A stretch of 38,258 nt of DNA from a virus (lineage: Duplodnaviria; Caudoviricetes), in IMG/VR virus record IMGVR_UViG_3300010381_000011, positions 1 to 38,258 of that record. One strand, written 5' to 3'. Below are positions 24,453-34,265 of this stretch, in pieces. Made by a program: the position numbers and the translations under genes. The notes under the pieces are model-generated. The model was given only the letters and a program-made list of their open reading frames with translations, did no database searches and was not told the DNA's origin. The stretch's first letter is position 1. Each line of letters begins with the position of its first letter.

Positions 24453-26159
24453 ATGGGCCAGCTCCACGACGTTTTTGAGTATATCGTCGACGGGACCAGC
24501 GGCCTTACCCCCGGGGACGTCTCGGGGCAGGCCGTCATCGCCGGCGTGTGCTCGGCCGGCACCGTCGGCAAACTCTATTACCTGGGCAAGTCCTCCGACC
24601 TCGAGGACCTGCTCGGCGTCGGCCCGCTCGTGGACGCCTTGCGCGACATCTTCGCCACGGCCGGCCAGGACGCCGTGGTGCTGGCCTGTCCCGTTACCGG
24701 CCAGGACGGTGGCTACATCACCGACGTGGTCCACACCGGCGAAGGGCCGGACGCCACGGTCTCGGGCTACCCGGCGCTCAATGCCGACGTGATCTGTCAG
24801 ATTGTGGCCGGCGGCGCGCTCGGCACGGCCACCTACAAGCTCTCCCTGGACAACGGCGTGACCTACGGCGACCCGGACACCGTGGCGGTAAGCGGGCAAA
24901 TCCCCTGCGGGGCCACCGGGGCCACTCTTGTTCTGGGCGAGGGCGACCAGGTCGCCGGCGACACCTACAAGGTGGACGTACGCACGCCCATCGGTCCCAT
25001 CAGCCTTGTGGGCACCGGTCCGGACATTACGGCCTCGGGCACGCCGCTGGCCGCCGCCCAGGTGTCCCTGGTCATCACCACCGGCGGAGCCCGCAACGAG
25101 GGGCAATACGAACTGTCCGTGGACGGCGGCGACAACTACGGCAACACCAAGACCATCCCCGTGGACGGCCAGATTGCCGTGGGCTCCACCGGCGTCACCA
25201 TCGCCATGCCGGTGGGCACGTATGTCGTCGGCGACACCTACACCTTCGAGATCCTGGCCCCGGTGCCCACGGTGGTCAACGTCATCGACGCCATCACTCT
25301 GCCCCTGGAAACGGTGGACCCCGAGTTCATCTACGTGGTCGGCCCCTCGGATTCCACGGACTGGGCGTCGCTGGGCGCGCTCATGGACACGGAGTTTTCC
25401 AAGCACCGGCCCAAATTCGTGATCTGCGAGGCGCGTCAGCCCCAATCCGATGAGGACATCGACGACTGGGTCACGGCGCTGATCCAGGAGCGTGACGGGT
25501 ACAGCCATCGGTTCGTGTGCGTGGTGGCAGCCTGGGGCGAGATATCCGACTCCCTTGGCTACACCAAGCAGCGCAACGCCGCCGGCCTGGTGGTGGGGCG
25601 CGTGCTGTCCATCCCCGTCATGCGGGCCATCGGCCGGGTGCGCGACGGTGCCGTGTCCCAGCTCGGTCTGGCATCGACTTATACCGAGGCCCACGTGGCC
25701 CTCCTGGAGGCCAACGGCTACATTCCGGCCAAGCGGTATGCCAGCCTTGAGGGAACCTACTGGGGCGAGGCGCTCACCATGGCCGACGACACTTCGGATT
25801 ATCAATGGATCGAGGTGCTGCGGGTGGTGTTCAAGGCCCTGCGCCTTCTGCGCATTCAGGCCCTCAAAAGTATGTACGACGAGGTGGGGGACCCCTTGGC
25901 CGAGGGAGGAGCCGCCGGCCTCGCTTATCTCCAGGCCAATCTCGAAAACGCACTCAACACCATGGTCAAGGCCGTCCCGCAAGAGCTGGCCGGCCACGTG
26001 GTCAACATTCCGTCGGGCCAGGACATCGTCAATAACGGCGTGGCCTGCGAGATCACGCTCATCGGCATCCCGATCATCCGCAAAATCAAGCTGTACGCCA
26101 GCTACGTCTATGCCGGTTCGGATTTCGATCCGCGCCTGTCTGACACGGCAACGGCGTAG
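24453..26159 (+). CDS. Tail sheath protein (DUF2586-like)
   Basis: 568 aa; IGRVRDG, SDYQWIEVLRVVFKALR; precedes the tube gene. Confidence 0.85.
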   Translation: MGQLHDVFEYIVDGTSGLTPGDVSGQAVIAGVCSAGTVGKLYYLGKSSDLEDLLGVGPLVDALRDIFATAGQDAVVLACPVTGQDGGYITDVVHTGEGPDATVSGYPALNADVICQIVAGGALGTATYKLSLDNGVTYGDPDTVAVSGQIPCGATGATLVLGEGDQVAGDTYKVDVRTPIGPISLVGTGPDITASGTPLAAAQVSLVITTGGARNEGQYELSVDGGDNYGNTKTIPVDGQIAVGSTGVTIAMPVGTYVVGDTYTFEILAPVPTVVNVIDAITLPLETVDPEFIYVVGPSDSTDWASLGALMDTEFSKHRPKFVICEARQPQSDEDIDDWVTALIQERDGYSHRFVCVVAAWGEISDSLGYTKQRNAAGLVVGRVLSIPVMRAIGRVRDGAVSQLGLASTYTEAHVALLEANGYIPAKRYASLEGTYWGEALTMADDTSDYQWIEVLRVVFKALRLLRIQALKSMYDEVGDPLAEGGAAGLAYLQANLENALNTMVKAVPQELAGHVVNIPSGQDIVNNGVACEITLIGIPIIRKIKLYASYVYAGSDFDPRLSDTATA

Positions 26160-26171
26160 CGAGGAGGAACC

Positions 26172-26621
26172 ATGGCCATCAACGGCAACACCTACGATTG
26201 GGAGAGCGTGACCATCCAAGGGCCGCAGGGCGTATTCGTGGATGTGCAGGAGATTTCCTACAAAGACGAGCGCCCCATAGAGCCGACCTACGGCAAGGGT
26301 TCCATCCCGCAGGGGTACGGAAGGAAGAACTACAAGGCCACCGGCAGCCTGACCGTCCTGCGCACCGAGTTTGAGGCGTTGCGCCAGGCCTGCGGCGGCT
26401 CGATCTACACCCGGCAGACCGTGTCCATCACTGTGGGTTACGCCAACGATGACCAGGACACGGCTGTGGACACCCTTCCGTCCATCCACTTCACGACCTC
26501 CGATACCAGCCCCAAACAGGGCGAGGAGAAAATCGAGGTCAAGCTCGATTTCGTGATCCTGTCCCCCATCAAGTGGGGCGGTGTGCCCGCCTACGCCGAT
26601 ACCGGAGCCACCGGCAATTAA
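26172..26621 (+). CDS. Tail tube protein
   Basis: MAINGNTYDWESV, YGKGSIPQGYGRKNYKATGSLT; follows the sheath. Confidence 0.8.
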   Translation: MAINGNTYDWESVTIQGPQGVFVDVQEISYKDERPIEPTYGKGSIPQGYGRKNYKATGSLTVLRTEFEALRQACGGSIYTRQTVSITVGYANDDQDTAVDTLPSIHFTTSDTSPKQGEEKIEVKLDFVILSPIKWGGVPAYADTGATGN

Positions 26622-26645
26622 CCGCTAACCGCCAAAGGAGCATTC

Positions 26646-27005
26646 ATGCCCGAAATCGCCAACACGACCACCGCCGCGACCACCGCGACCCCGTCCACGG
26701 CTACGACCGCGACGTCCAACGACACGGTCAAGGCCTTGGAGCTGTCGCACAGCTTTACGGACTTCGAGGACAAGGAACGCTCGGCCACCTACCATTTCCG
26801 GCGTCCGACCCGACCGCAGATATCCCGGTCCCAAAGCGCCATGCGCAAGGACGCCATGGCCGCCTTGCGCACGCTGTGCCTGGACTGCGTGGTCGCCGAG
26901 GAAAAGGACAAGCTCAAGGCCGACCTGGAGGAATACGAGGGCCTCGCCGGAACCTTCGGCAACGAAATCCTCGGCCGCGTCGGTTTCGGCGAGCTGGGAA
27001 AGTAA
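26646..27005 (+). CDS. Tail assembly chaperone (G-like)
   Basis: SD AAGGAG; YHFRRPT; ends ELGK at the slippery site; between tube and tape measure. Confidence 0.8.
   Translation: MPEIANTTTAATTATPSTATTATSNDTVKALELSHSFTDFEDKERSATYHFRRPTRPQISRSQSAMRKDAMAALRTLCLDCVVAEEKDKLKADLEEYEGLAGTFGNEILGRVGFGELGK
26996..27002 (+). other. Programmed -1 frameshift site GGGAAAG
   Basis: G GGA AAG immediately before TAA; -1 frame open to 27199; same heptamer as lambda G/GT. Confidence 0.85.
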
Positions 27006-27199
27006 TCCGCGCCGCCTCGGCCGAGTTGGCCGGGGACGGCGCCGAACAACTGGCGGTCCTGGTGCGGTACTGGCTGCGCCAGGACCCGGCAGACGACCTG
27101 AGCGACTTCGTGGCCCAAGCGGCCCGGGCCAAATGGCTGGAAGACCGGATGTGGCAGACGTTCGCGGAGATCATGAGCAAGGTCATGGGAGGGAAATAG
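26996..27199 (+). CDS. Frameshift extension of the tail chaperone (GT-like)
   Basis: -1 frame GKVIRAASAELAG...AKWLEDRMW..MGGK ends 1 nt before the tape measure ATG; no own start codon or SD. Confidence 0.7.
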   Translation, partial: GKVIRAASAELAGDGAEQLAVLVRYWLRQDPADDLSDFVAQAARAKWLEDRMWQTFAEIMSKVMGGK

Positions 27200-29944
27200 A
27201 TGGGCAACGCAGTGTTTTCGGTCCAAGCCATCATGACCTTGCAGGACCTCATTTCCGGCAAGCTGACGGCCATTGCCGGCAAGCTGGCTGCCACCGGCCG
27301 TGAGGCCGCCGCCCTGGGCGTCAGGATGGCTGCCCTGGCCAGGGCCATGCTGCCCCTGGTGGCTGTCGCCGGACTTGTGCTCGGCGGCCTGACCGCCGCC
27401 GCCCTGTCCACGGTCAAAACCCAAAAGGCGCTCGGCGAGCTGGCCTCTGTGGGCGTCCAGGATATGCGAGCCATGGAGAGCGCCGCCACCGCGTTCTCAA
27501 ATGCGTTTTCCGGCACCACCAAAGCCGAATTTATCGCCGCCGCCTATGACATTAAATCCGGCATCGCCAGCTTATCCGATGCCGGCGTTGCCGCCTTTAC
27601 CGATCTGGCCGCCCTGACCGGCAAAGCGACCAAAAGCACTGTGGACGTGATGACCAGCCTTTTTGCCACGGGCTACGGCATCTACAAGCAGAGCTACGCC
27701 CAACTGTCCGACATGCAGTTCGGCGAGCTCTTTTCGGCGGGCATCGCGTCCAGCGTCCAACAGTTCAAGACCACGGGCTCCCAGATGGCCGGCGCCATCA
27801 GCCAGATGGGCGCTTCGGCCACCAGCGCCAAGGTGCCCATGCAGGAGCAGCTCACGATCCTGGGCATGCTGCAAGCCACCATGAGCGGCAGCGAGGCCGG
27901 CACGAAATATCGGCAGTTCATCGCCACGGCGGCCAAGGCCGGCGGCGACCTCAAACTCAAATTTCTGGACGCCAACAAGCAGCTCAAATCCATGCCGGCG
28001 ATCCTCGGCGAGCTGCACCGCAAGTTCGGCGATACCCTGGACGCCACGGAAAAGCTGCAAATCAAAAAGGCCTTCGGAAGCGAAGAGGCCGTGGCCCTCA
28101 TCGACCTGCTCTACAACAAGGTCGGGGACCTCAATGCCAACATCAAGGCCGTTGGCGGGGCCATGGGCCAGGGGCGTGGCTTTACCCTGGCCATGGCGCA
28201 GACCATGAACCGGGACCTGGGGGCGTCCATCCAGCGGGCCGGGCAGCGGCTGCACAACCTGGTCGAAATCATCGGCGGCATGTTCGCGCCTATCCTCAAA
28301 GGCGTTATCGACAGCGTTTCGGCCTTCGTACTGGTGTTGCAAAAGGGGGCGACCTGGTTGGCCGACTCCGGCTGGGGGAGCGCCATTGTCGGCATCGTCG
28401 CTGGCCTGTCGGCCCTGGTCACTGTCTCGGCCGCTGTGGCCGCCGGGATGTGGGCCATGACCATCGTCGGTCCTGTGGTCACGGCGGCGCTGGCCCCGCT
28501 CGGGGTTGCCCTTGGGGCGCTCGGCGCGCCGATCCTGGCCGTACTTGCCGTTATCGTCGCCCTGACCATGGCCTGGAAAACCAATTTCGGCGGCATGCGC
28601 GATACCCTCATGGGCTGGTGGGACAATATCTCGCTGGTCTTCCGTGGGGTGTCGGCCGTGTTCGCCAGCCTGTCCGGCTCGACCGGTGAGCTTCGGGGGC
28701 AGCTTGCCCGGGACATCCAAGCCAAGGGGCTGCTCGGGCTCGTGACATCGGTGGGTAAGATCGTCTTCCGTATCCGCCAGTTTTTTGTCTCCCTGTGGGA
28801 CTCCGTGCGCGACAGCACGAAAAGTCTTGGAGCCATCTTCGCGCCGCTGGCCAGCGCCTTTGATCCCCTCTTCAATGCCCTGGCTCCCCTCGGGGGCGTA
28901 ATTAAAAGCCTTCTGGGCTTGGGGGTGGATTCCAAGCTGTCCTCCTGGGGCGCGGCCGGCCGGTTGGTCGGGGAGGCTTTTGGCACGGCCATGCGCATGA
29001 TCGCCATGGGCATCCGCATGGCCCTGGTGCCGCTCCAGCTTTTCGGGGCGCTTCTCGGGTATGTCATCGGCCTGTTTACCGGCCAGGGCGGCACGCTGGC
29101 CGACCTGGAGGCCTCGCTCGGCAATATTTTTTCCGGGATATGGCAATCGGGCCAGGCCGCGTTCCCGCAGATTACGGCAGTCCTGGAAGCGATCGGGACG
29201 GCGGTTGTGACCAAGATCGTCGGCCTGGCTACCGAAACCGTAAATGACCTAGCGATGATCGGACAGTCCCTCGCCAATTGGTTTTCCGGTCTGTCTCCCG
29301 TGGCCTGGATCACCAATGCCTTCGCCGGCGTGGGCGCGGCCATATCCGCCGGTTTCGAGCAGGTGCGGCAATTTTTGGCGGGCATCGATCTTTCCGCCGC
29401 CGGCGCGGCCATCATGCACACGCTGGTGGCCGGCATCAAATCCGCAGCGGGGGCGGTCTGGGGCGCGATCAAAGGCGCGTTTGCCGGCGCCGCCAAGCTC
29501 ATCCCGCACTCGGACGCCCCGGAAGGCCCTTTCAGCACGCTGACCGCCAGCGGTCGCGCCATCATGACCACCATGGCCACCGGCGTCACGGCCGCCGGAC
29601 CACGCCTGGCCCGGGCCACTTCCGCCGCCATGGCCGGAGCCGCCCTGACCCTGGCCAGCCCGATGCCGGTGCCGGCCATGCAGCCCATGGCCATCGCGTC
29701 TCCGGACGCGCCGGCGCTGCCCGACCTGACCGCCACGGCATCCTGGAGTGTGCCCCAGCCGGACGTGGTCGTGCCGGCTCCGACCTCGGACCAGCCGGCC
29801 TCTGGCGGCGCCCGCTCCGGACAAGGTTCCGCCGGAGGCTCGCGCATCGTTATCCAGTCCCTCAATGTGACCCTGCCCAATGTCCAGGACGGCGAGGGCT
29901 TCAAACGCGAGCTGCAACGCCTCGTGGAGCAGTACGATGCCTGA
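27200..29944 (+). CDS. Tail tape measure protein (TP901 family)
   Basis: 914 aa, Ala/Gly-rich helical; AAAYDIKSG, MSGSEAGT, AFGSEEA, PHSDAPEGPFS. Confidence 0.92.
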   Translation: MGNAVFSVQAIMTLQDLISGKLTAIAGKLAATGREAAALGVRMAALARAMLPLVAVAGLVLGGLTAAALSTVKTQKALGELASVGVQDMRAMESAATAFSNAFSGTTKAEFIAAAYDIKSGIASLSDAGVAAFTDLAALTGKATKSTVDVMTSLFATGYGIYKQSYAQLSDMQFGELFSAGIASSVQQFKTTGSQMAGAISQMGASATSAKVPMQEQLTILGMLQATMSGSEAGTKYRQFIATAAKAGGDLKLKFLDANKQLKSMPAILGELHRKFGDTLDATEKLQIKKAFGSEEAVALIDLLYNKVGDLNANIKAVGGAMGQGRGFTLAMAQTMNRDLGASIQRAGQRLHNLVEIIGGMFAPILKGVIDSVSAFVLVLQKGATWLADSGWGSAIVGIVAGLSALVTVSAAVAAGMWAMTIVGPVVTAALAPLGVALGALGAPILAVLAVIVALTMAWKTNFGGMRDTLMGWWDNISLVFRGVSAVFASLSGSTGELRGQLARDIQAKGLLGLVTSVGKIVFRIRQFFVSLWDSVRDSTKSLGAIFAPLASAFDPLFNALAPLGGVIKSLLGLGVDSKLSSWGAAGRLVGEAFGTAMRMIAMGIRMALVPLQLFGALLGYVIGLFTGQGGTLADLEASLGNIFSGIWQSGQAAFPQITAVLEAIGTAVVTKIVGLATETVNDLAMIGQSLANWFSGLSPVAWITNAFAGVGAAISAGFEQVRQFLAGIDLSAAGAAIMHTLVAGIKSAAGAVWGAIKGAFAGAAKLIPHSDAPEGPFSTLTASGRAIMTTMATGVTAAGPRLARATSAAMAGAALTLASPMPVPAMQPMAIASPDAPALPDLTATASWSVPQPDVVVPAPTSDQPASGGARSGQGSAGGSRIVIQSLNVTLPNVQDGEGFKRELQRLVEQYDA

Positions 29945-30476
29945 TTACGACGGCTATCTGACCCTCGAGGATGGCGTCCTCAAACTGGGCGAGACCGCCA
30001 TCCCGGGTGTGCTGGTCAACAGCAACATCATTTGCGACGTCAAATTCGATGAGGCGCAGTCCGACCAGCTTTCGGGCAAGAAAAAGACGCCCATGGGCTG
30101 GGAGGACGCCGAGATCGATTTCGATTTCAGGCTGATTTCGGACGATGACGGCGACTGTTACGACAAGCTGACCCAGGTCAATGCCCTGTTCAAGGGCTAC
30201 GGCGACAGCGCTGCCCCCAAAATCCTCACGGTGCTCAACCGGCACATCCAGGCCCGAGGCATCGACCAGGTCGTCTTTAAGACACTGGCCAGCCGCGAGA
30301 CCAACCGGAATGACACCATCGTGGTGTCGCTGCATTTCGTGGAGCATGTTCCGCCCATCGTCCAGGCCGAGGAGCGCGTGGTCAAGTCCGACCAGGCCAA
30401 AACCTCTTCCGGCTCGGCACCGTCCGTCAACCCGGCCAATGCCGATGATTATACGATCCCGGTGGATGTGGGATGA
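29937..30476 (+). CDS. Baseplate/tube initiator-like protein
   Basis: ATG 29937 (MPDYDGY) with SD GGAG; follows the tape measure. Confidence 0.65.
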   Translation: MPDYDGYLTLEDGVLKLGETAIPGVLVNSNIICDVKFDEAQSDQLSGKKKTPMGWEDAEIDFDFRLISDDDGDCYDKLTQVNALFKGYGDSAAPKILTVLNRHIQARGIDQVVFKTLASRETNRNDTIVVSLHFVEHVPPIVQAEERVVKSDQAKTSSGSAPSVNPANADDYTIPVDVG

Positions 30477-31321
30477 TGACTGTCCCCAGCCAGGGCGCCG
30501 ACCGGGGAGCGCGCACCATCGACGGCATCCGCCTGCACTTTTTCGTGGGGGGCGTGGGGTACCCGCGCTGTCCGCATTGTTGGATCGAAGCCCGGCGCGG
30601 CACGCCCCTGTCCCGGGCCGGCCTGACCCTGCCCGATCCGCTCGGCGCCGAGGCCAAACGCCTGACCAAGGGCGCGGCCGTGGAAATCCGGCTGGGCTAT
30701 CGCGGCGACGAGCCGGCCGTATGGACCGGCACCGTCGAGTGGGTACGGCCCGGCACCATCGACCAGATCGAGGTCGGGGCGGCGGGCGGCGAAAAAGCCC
30801 TTTCCACGGCGCGCATCACCCAGGCCTGGCAAAGCGAATCCCCAGACCGCATCGTGCGCCACGCCATCGAGGCCGCCGGCCTGACCGTGGGCCGCATCGA
30901 CGCCCCGGCCGGCGTGATCCTGCCGCGCTTTATCGCCTCCAATATCAGTCCTCGGGACGTCATCGAGCAGGTGGAGCATTCCTGCCGGCGCGCCTACGGC
31001 CAGGACATGGCCGGCTGGCGACTGTGGATGGATGCATCCGGCGCGGTCAATTGGGGCGATTTCGAGGATGCAAGCGGCCAAGGATTCGTGGCCGCCAGCG
31101 ACGGCAACCTCATCACCCATTCCCCGGCCACCGATGCCCAGGGCCAGGGCCTGGTCCAGACGTTTCTGGCTCCGGCCGTCTGGCCCGGACAGACCTTCAC
31201 ACTCAAGGACAACAGGCGCGGCACCAATCAGACCCTGCGCGTTCTGGGCGTGCGCCATGACATCCAGGGCGTGTCCGCCCGGACCTGGATCACCTACGGA
31301 GTGGAACATGCCAAATACTGA
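30473..31321 (+). CDS. Baseplate hub (gpD/gp44-like)
   Basis: VEIRLGY..VWTGTV and VLGVRHDI; position. Confidence 0.7.
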   Translation: MMTVPSQGADRGARTIDGIRLHFFVGGVGYPRCPHCWIEARRGTPLSRAGLTLPDPLGAEAKRLTKGAAVEIRLGYRGDEPAVWTGTVEWVRPGTIDQIEVGAAGGEKALSTARITQAWQSESPDRIVRHAIEAAGLTVGRIDAPAGVILPRFIASNISPRDVIEQVEHSCRRAYGQDMAGWRLWMDASGAVNWGDFEDASGQGFVAASDGNLITHSPATDAQGQGLVQTFLAPAVWPGQTFTLKDNRRGTNQTLRVLGVRHDIQGVSARTWITYGVEHAKY

Positions 31322-31916
31322 TCCCGCTCCGGACCTGCGCGAACTGCTGCGCCGGGTCATTGAGCTGGCCCAGCCCAACCTGCGCAAGTATTTCCGCCTG
31401 CCCCGTAAGGGACAGATTGTCACGGCTTATAAATCCGACGGCACCTATTACGCCGACGTGCAGCCACTCACCAACGATGGCAGCCCCGATCCGGACGAGC
31501 CCATGTATCCCAAGCTGGACCTGCCCGTGATTTGGGGCGGGGCCAACCGGGGTGTGGTCTGCCCGCCCAAGGCCGGCACGCCCTGCGTCATCGGCTACTA
31601 CGACGGTGATCCCAATTTTCCCTTCATCCAGGACCTCCGCTGGACGGCGACGCCCGAGGCCGAGCTGGAAGAATTCGTGATCCAGCTCGACAAACAAACG
31701 CACCTCAAGATCGACAAGCAGGGCAACCTCTGCTTCACCGCCGCCGTCTCGGGCGCTTCGGGCGACAAGGTGGCCAAGTCGGTGCTGATCGAGGTGGGCG
31801 AGATCGGCAAGCTCGTGTTCCGCGCCCCGGAAGTCCGCACCTACACCAACAACGTCGTGGCCGGCACCTATGACGACTGCCCCGTGGAGCTGCGGGCATC
31901 CACAAAGGCAAAATGA
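31308..31916 (+). CDS. Baseplate spike (gpV-like)
   Basis: YYADVQPL, GVVCPPKAGTPCVIGYYDGDPNFPFI (OB-fold). Confidence 0.75.
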   Translation: MPNTDPAPDLRELLRRVIELAQPNLRKYFRLPRKGQIVTAYKSDGTYYADVQPLTNDGSPDPDEPMYPKLDLPVIWGGANRGVVCPPKAGTPCVIGYYDGDPNFPFIQDLRWTATPEAELEEFVIQLDKQTHLKIDKQGNLCFTAAVSGASGDKVAKSVLIEVGEIGKLVFRAPEVRTYTNNVVAGTYDDCPVELRASTKAK

Positions 31917-32377
31917 TGAGCGACAGCCTCAACGCTTTCGACCTGTTCGGCCAGGACATCAAGCTTGATGCCGATTGGCAGCCTTCTATCCGGGCCGACG
32001 GCACCTTGGTGCTGTGCTCGGGAACGGCCACGGCCAACCAGGATATCGCGTTGCGGCTCTACACCGTGCTCGAGACCCTCTTTTACGATGTCACGTTCGG
32101 CAGCCTGGTCATGATGTTCGTCAAGGACGAAAACACGGCGATCAACCGGGCGGCCCTGTGCGCCGAGGTTGCTCGCCGCATCAACGCCGATCCGGCCGTC
32201 CAGGTCGGCTCGGCCACGTGTTCCATCCGCAAATGGGATGAGGAGCAGGTCCAGTTGTCCGCGTCTTTCACCCTTATAACCGAAACCCACCCCAGCAACA
32301 TGGCGTTTTCGATTGACGTTTCGACCATGTCGCTTCGGGTGGATGATCTGGTGGCCGATGTCGATCCCCGTCAGTAA
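31913..32377 (+). CDS. Baseplate wedge protein (gp25/W-like)
   Basis: NQDIALRLYT..LFYDVTFGS, INADPAV. Confidence 0.75.
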   Translation: MMSDSLNAFDLFGQDIKLDADWQPSIRADGTLVLCSGTATANQDIALRLYTVLETLFYDVTFGSLVMMFVKDENTAINRAALCAEVARRINADPAVQVGSATCSIRKWDEEQVQLSASFTLITETHPSNMAFSIDVSTMSLRVDDLVADVDPRQ

Positions 32378-33518
32378 AACCCTCGCTGAGGTGCGCGAAG
32401 ACCTCTACACCCGCCTGTCCGAGGTGCATGCCACCTATGCGGCCGCCGGGTATCTGCCGCGCGCGCTCAACCTCAACAAGGGTGTCATCCGGGGCTTGAT
32501 CGAGCTGTGGGCCTGGGGCCTCTATGCCCTGTATGTTTTCCTGTTCAAAATTCTCGCCCAGGCCTTCCCGGAGTCGGCTACCGGCGATTGGCTCGACCTC
32601 CATTGCGCCCAGGTCGGCGTCACGCGTAAGGCTGCCACCAAGGCCCAGGGGCTGGTCATCTTTTCGCGCACCGGCACCTCGGGCAACGTCAAGATCGCGG
32701 CCGGGCGCATCGTCAAGACGCTGCCGGACGGCACCGGCACGGTCTATCGCTACACCACCGACGCCGACGCCGTGCTGCCCGACGGGCAGACCTCCGTGGC
32801 CGTGGCCGTCACGGCCGAGGAGTACGGCGCGGCCTCCAACGTCACCGTGGGCAGCATCACCGAGCTGGCCACCGTGGTGCAGGGTATCGAGGCCGTGACC
32901 AACGCCGCCGACTGGCTGACCAGCGAGGGCACCGACGAGGAGGACGACGATTCGCTTCGAGAACGCTATTTTTTGAAGTGGACCGACGCCAACGGCTGCA
33001 CCAAGTTCGCCTACAAGTCCTGGGCACTCAGCGTCACGGGCGTCATCGCCGTGACCATCCTGGACCAGCATCCGCGCGGCCAGGGCACGGTGGACGTGGT
33101 GCTCAAGGGGGCGGCCGGCATCCCCACCGATGCGCTCGTCGAGGCCGTGCGGGTCGTGGTCGCCGCAGTGGCACCGGTCAACGACGATTTCCTGGTCAAG
33201 GGGCCAACGGCCGTGGATGTGGCCATCGAGGCCAATCTGGTGCTCACCCCGGACGCCGGTGACGCCGCCACCATCCTGGCCGCCGCCGAAGCGCGCATCA
33301 GGGCGCTTTTTACCGATCCGACCGACGTCACCAAAATATCGCCCCTCCAGATCGGCGAGGATCTGACCCTGGATCGGCTCACCGGCACGGTCATGTACGT
33401 GGACGGCATCAAGTCCGTGACCTGGACGAGTCCGATCGCCGACGTGGCCGTGATTGCCGACGGTCTGGCCGTGCTGGCCAGTCTGGCCCTGACCTCCAGC
33501 ACCGCTGAGGAGGCCTGA
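32358..33518 (+). CDS. Baseplate J/gp47 protein
   Basis: ATGDWLDLH, RKAATKAQG, GTDEEDDDSLRER, RGQGTVDV. Confidence 0.92.
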   Translation: MSIPVSKTLAEVREDLYTRLSEVHATYAAAGYLPRALNLNKGVIRGLIELWAWGLYALYVFLFKILAQAFPESATGDWLDLHCAQVGVTRKAATKAQGLVIFSRTGTSGNVKIAAGRIVKTLPDGTGTVYRYTTDADAVLPDGQTSVAVAVTAEEYGAASNVTVGSITELATVVQGIEAVTNAADWLTSEGTDEEDDDSLRERYFLKWTDANGCTKFAYKSWALSVTGVIAVTILDQHPRGQGTVDVVLKGAAGIPTDALVEAVRVVVAAVAPVNDDFLVKGPTAVDVAIEANLVLTPDAGDAATILAAAEARIRALFTDPTDVTKISPLQIGEDLTLDRLTGTVMYVDGIKSVTWTSPIADVAVIADGLAVLASLALTSSTAEEA

Positions 33519-33520
33519 CC

Positions 33521-34264
33521 ATGGGCGTCATGTGGGATTATTTCCATAACACGCTCCGCTGGAACCTGATCCGGTTGACCAAGTCCGCCTTGTCCCTGCT
33601 GGGCGAGGGTGGCGGCAACGCCCTGGATGATACCCGCGAGGCCATCCTGTGGCTGCGTAAGCAGTTTTTGCCCGAGACGTCCGAGACCGACTACCTGACC
33701 AATTATGCCGCGTCCCGCTCCATCGTGCGGCATCCCAGCGAGACCGACGCCCAATTCAAAATGCGCGTGGTCCGGGCCTGGTACTGGCACTATCTGGGTG
33801 GAAAACAGGCCGGCATGCCCAAGATGCTGGAACTCTACGGCTACACCGGCGCGGACATCATCAACTGGCGGCAATACGATGAGGAGCGGTGGGCCGAGTT
33901 CTGGTGCAAGTTGCTCCCCCCGCCGACTCAGACGTTCGCCGAGGCCGATTATGAACTGCTCCTGTGGCTGCTCAATGAATACAAGCCGGCCCGCTCCAAG
34001 CTGGTCAAGCTGTCCATCGCCGTGGAGGAATCCGCCGCGACCGGCGTCGGCATCCTGGCCGTGCAGGGCGACCGGCACATACTTATGGCCCGGTTCGAGC
34101 CGCAACCGGCCTCGGGGGCGCTTACTGCCTGGGCTGGCGTTGTCGCCGGCGACCACCAAGCTGTGCCCGTGGCCGATCTGAAGCTGTTGCCGGGCCGCTC
34201 GCCTGTTTTCGCCGCCGCGCTGGTGGCCACCTGCTGCGAACGCATAACCGTAAGGAGTGCCTGA
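33521..34264 (+). CDS. Baseplate/tail protein (P2 gpI-like)
   Basis: ETDAQFKMRV, LLNEYKPARS; follows J. Confidence 0.75.
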   Translation: MGVMWDYFHNTLRWNLIRLTKSALSLLGEGGGNALDDTREAILWLRKQFLPETSETDYLTNYAASRSIVRHPSETDAQFKMRVVRAWYWHYLGGKQAGMPKMLELYGYTGADIINWRQYDEERWAEFWCKLLPPPTQTFAEADYELLLWLLNEYKPARSKLVKLSIAVEESAATGVGILAVQGDRHILMARFEPQPASGALTAWAGVVAGDHQAVPVADLKLLPGRSPVFAAALVATCCERITVRSA

Positions 34265-34265
34265 T

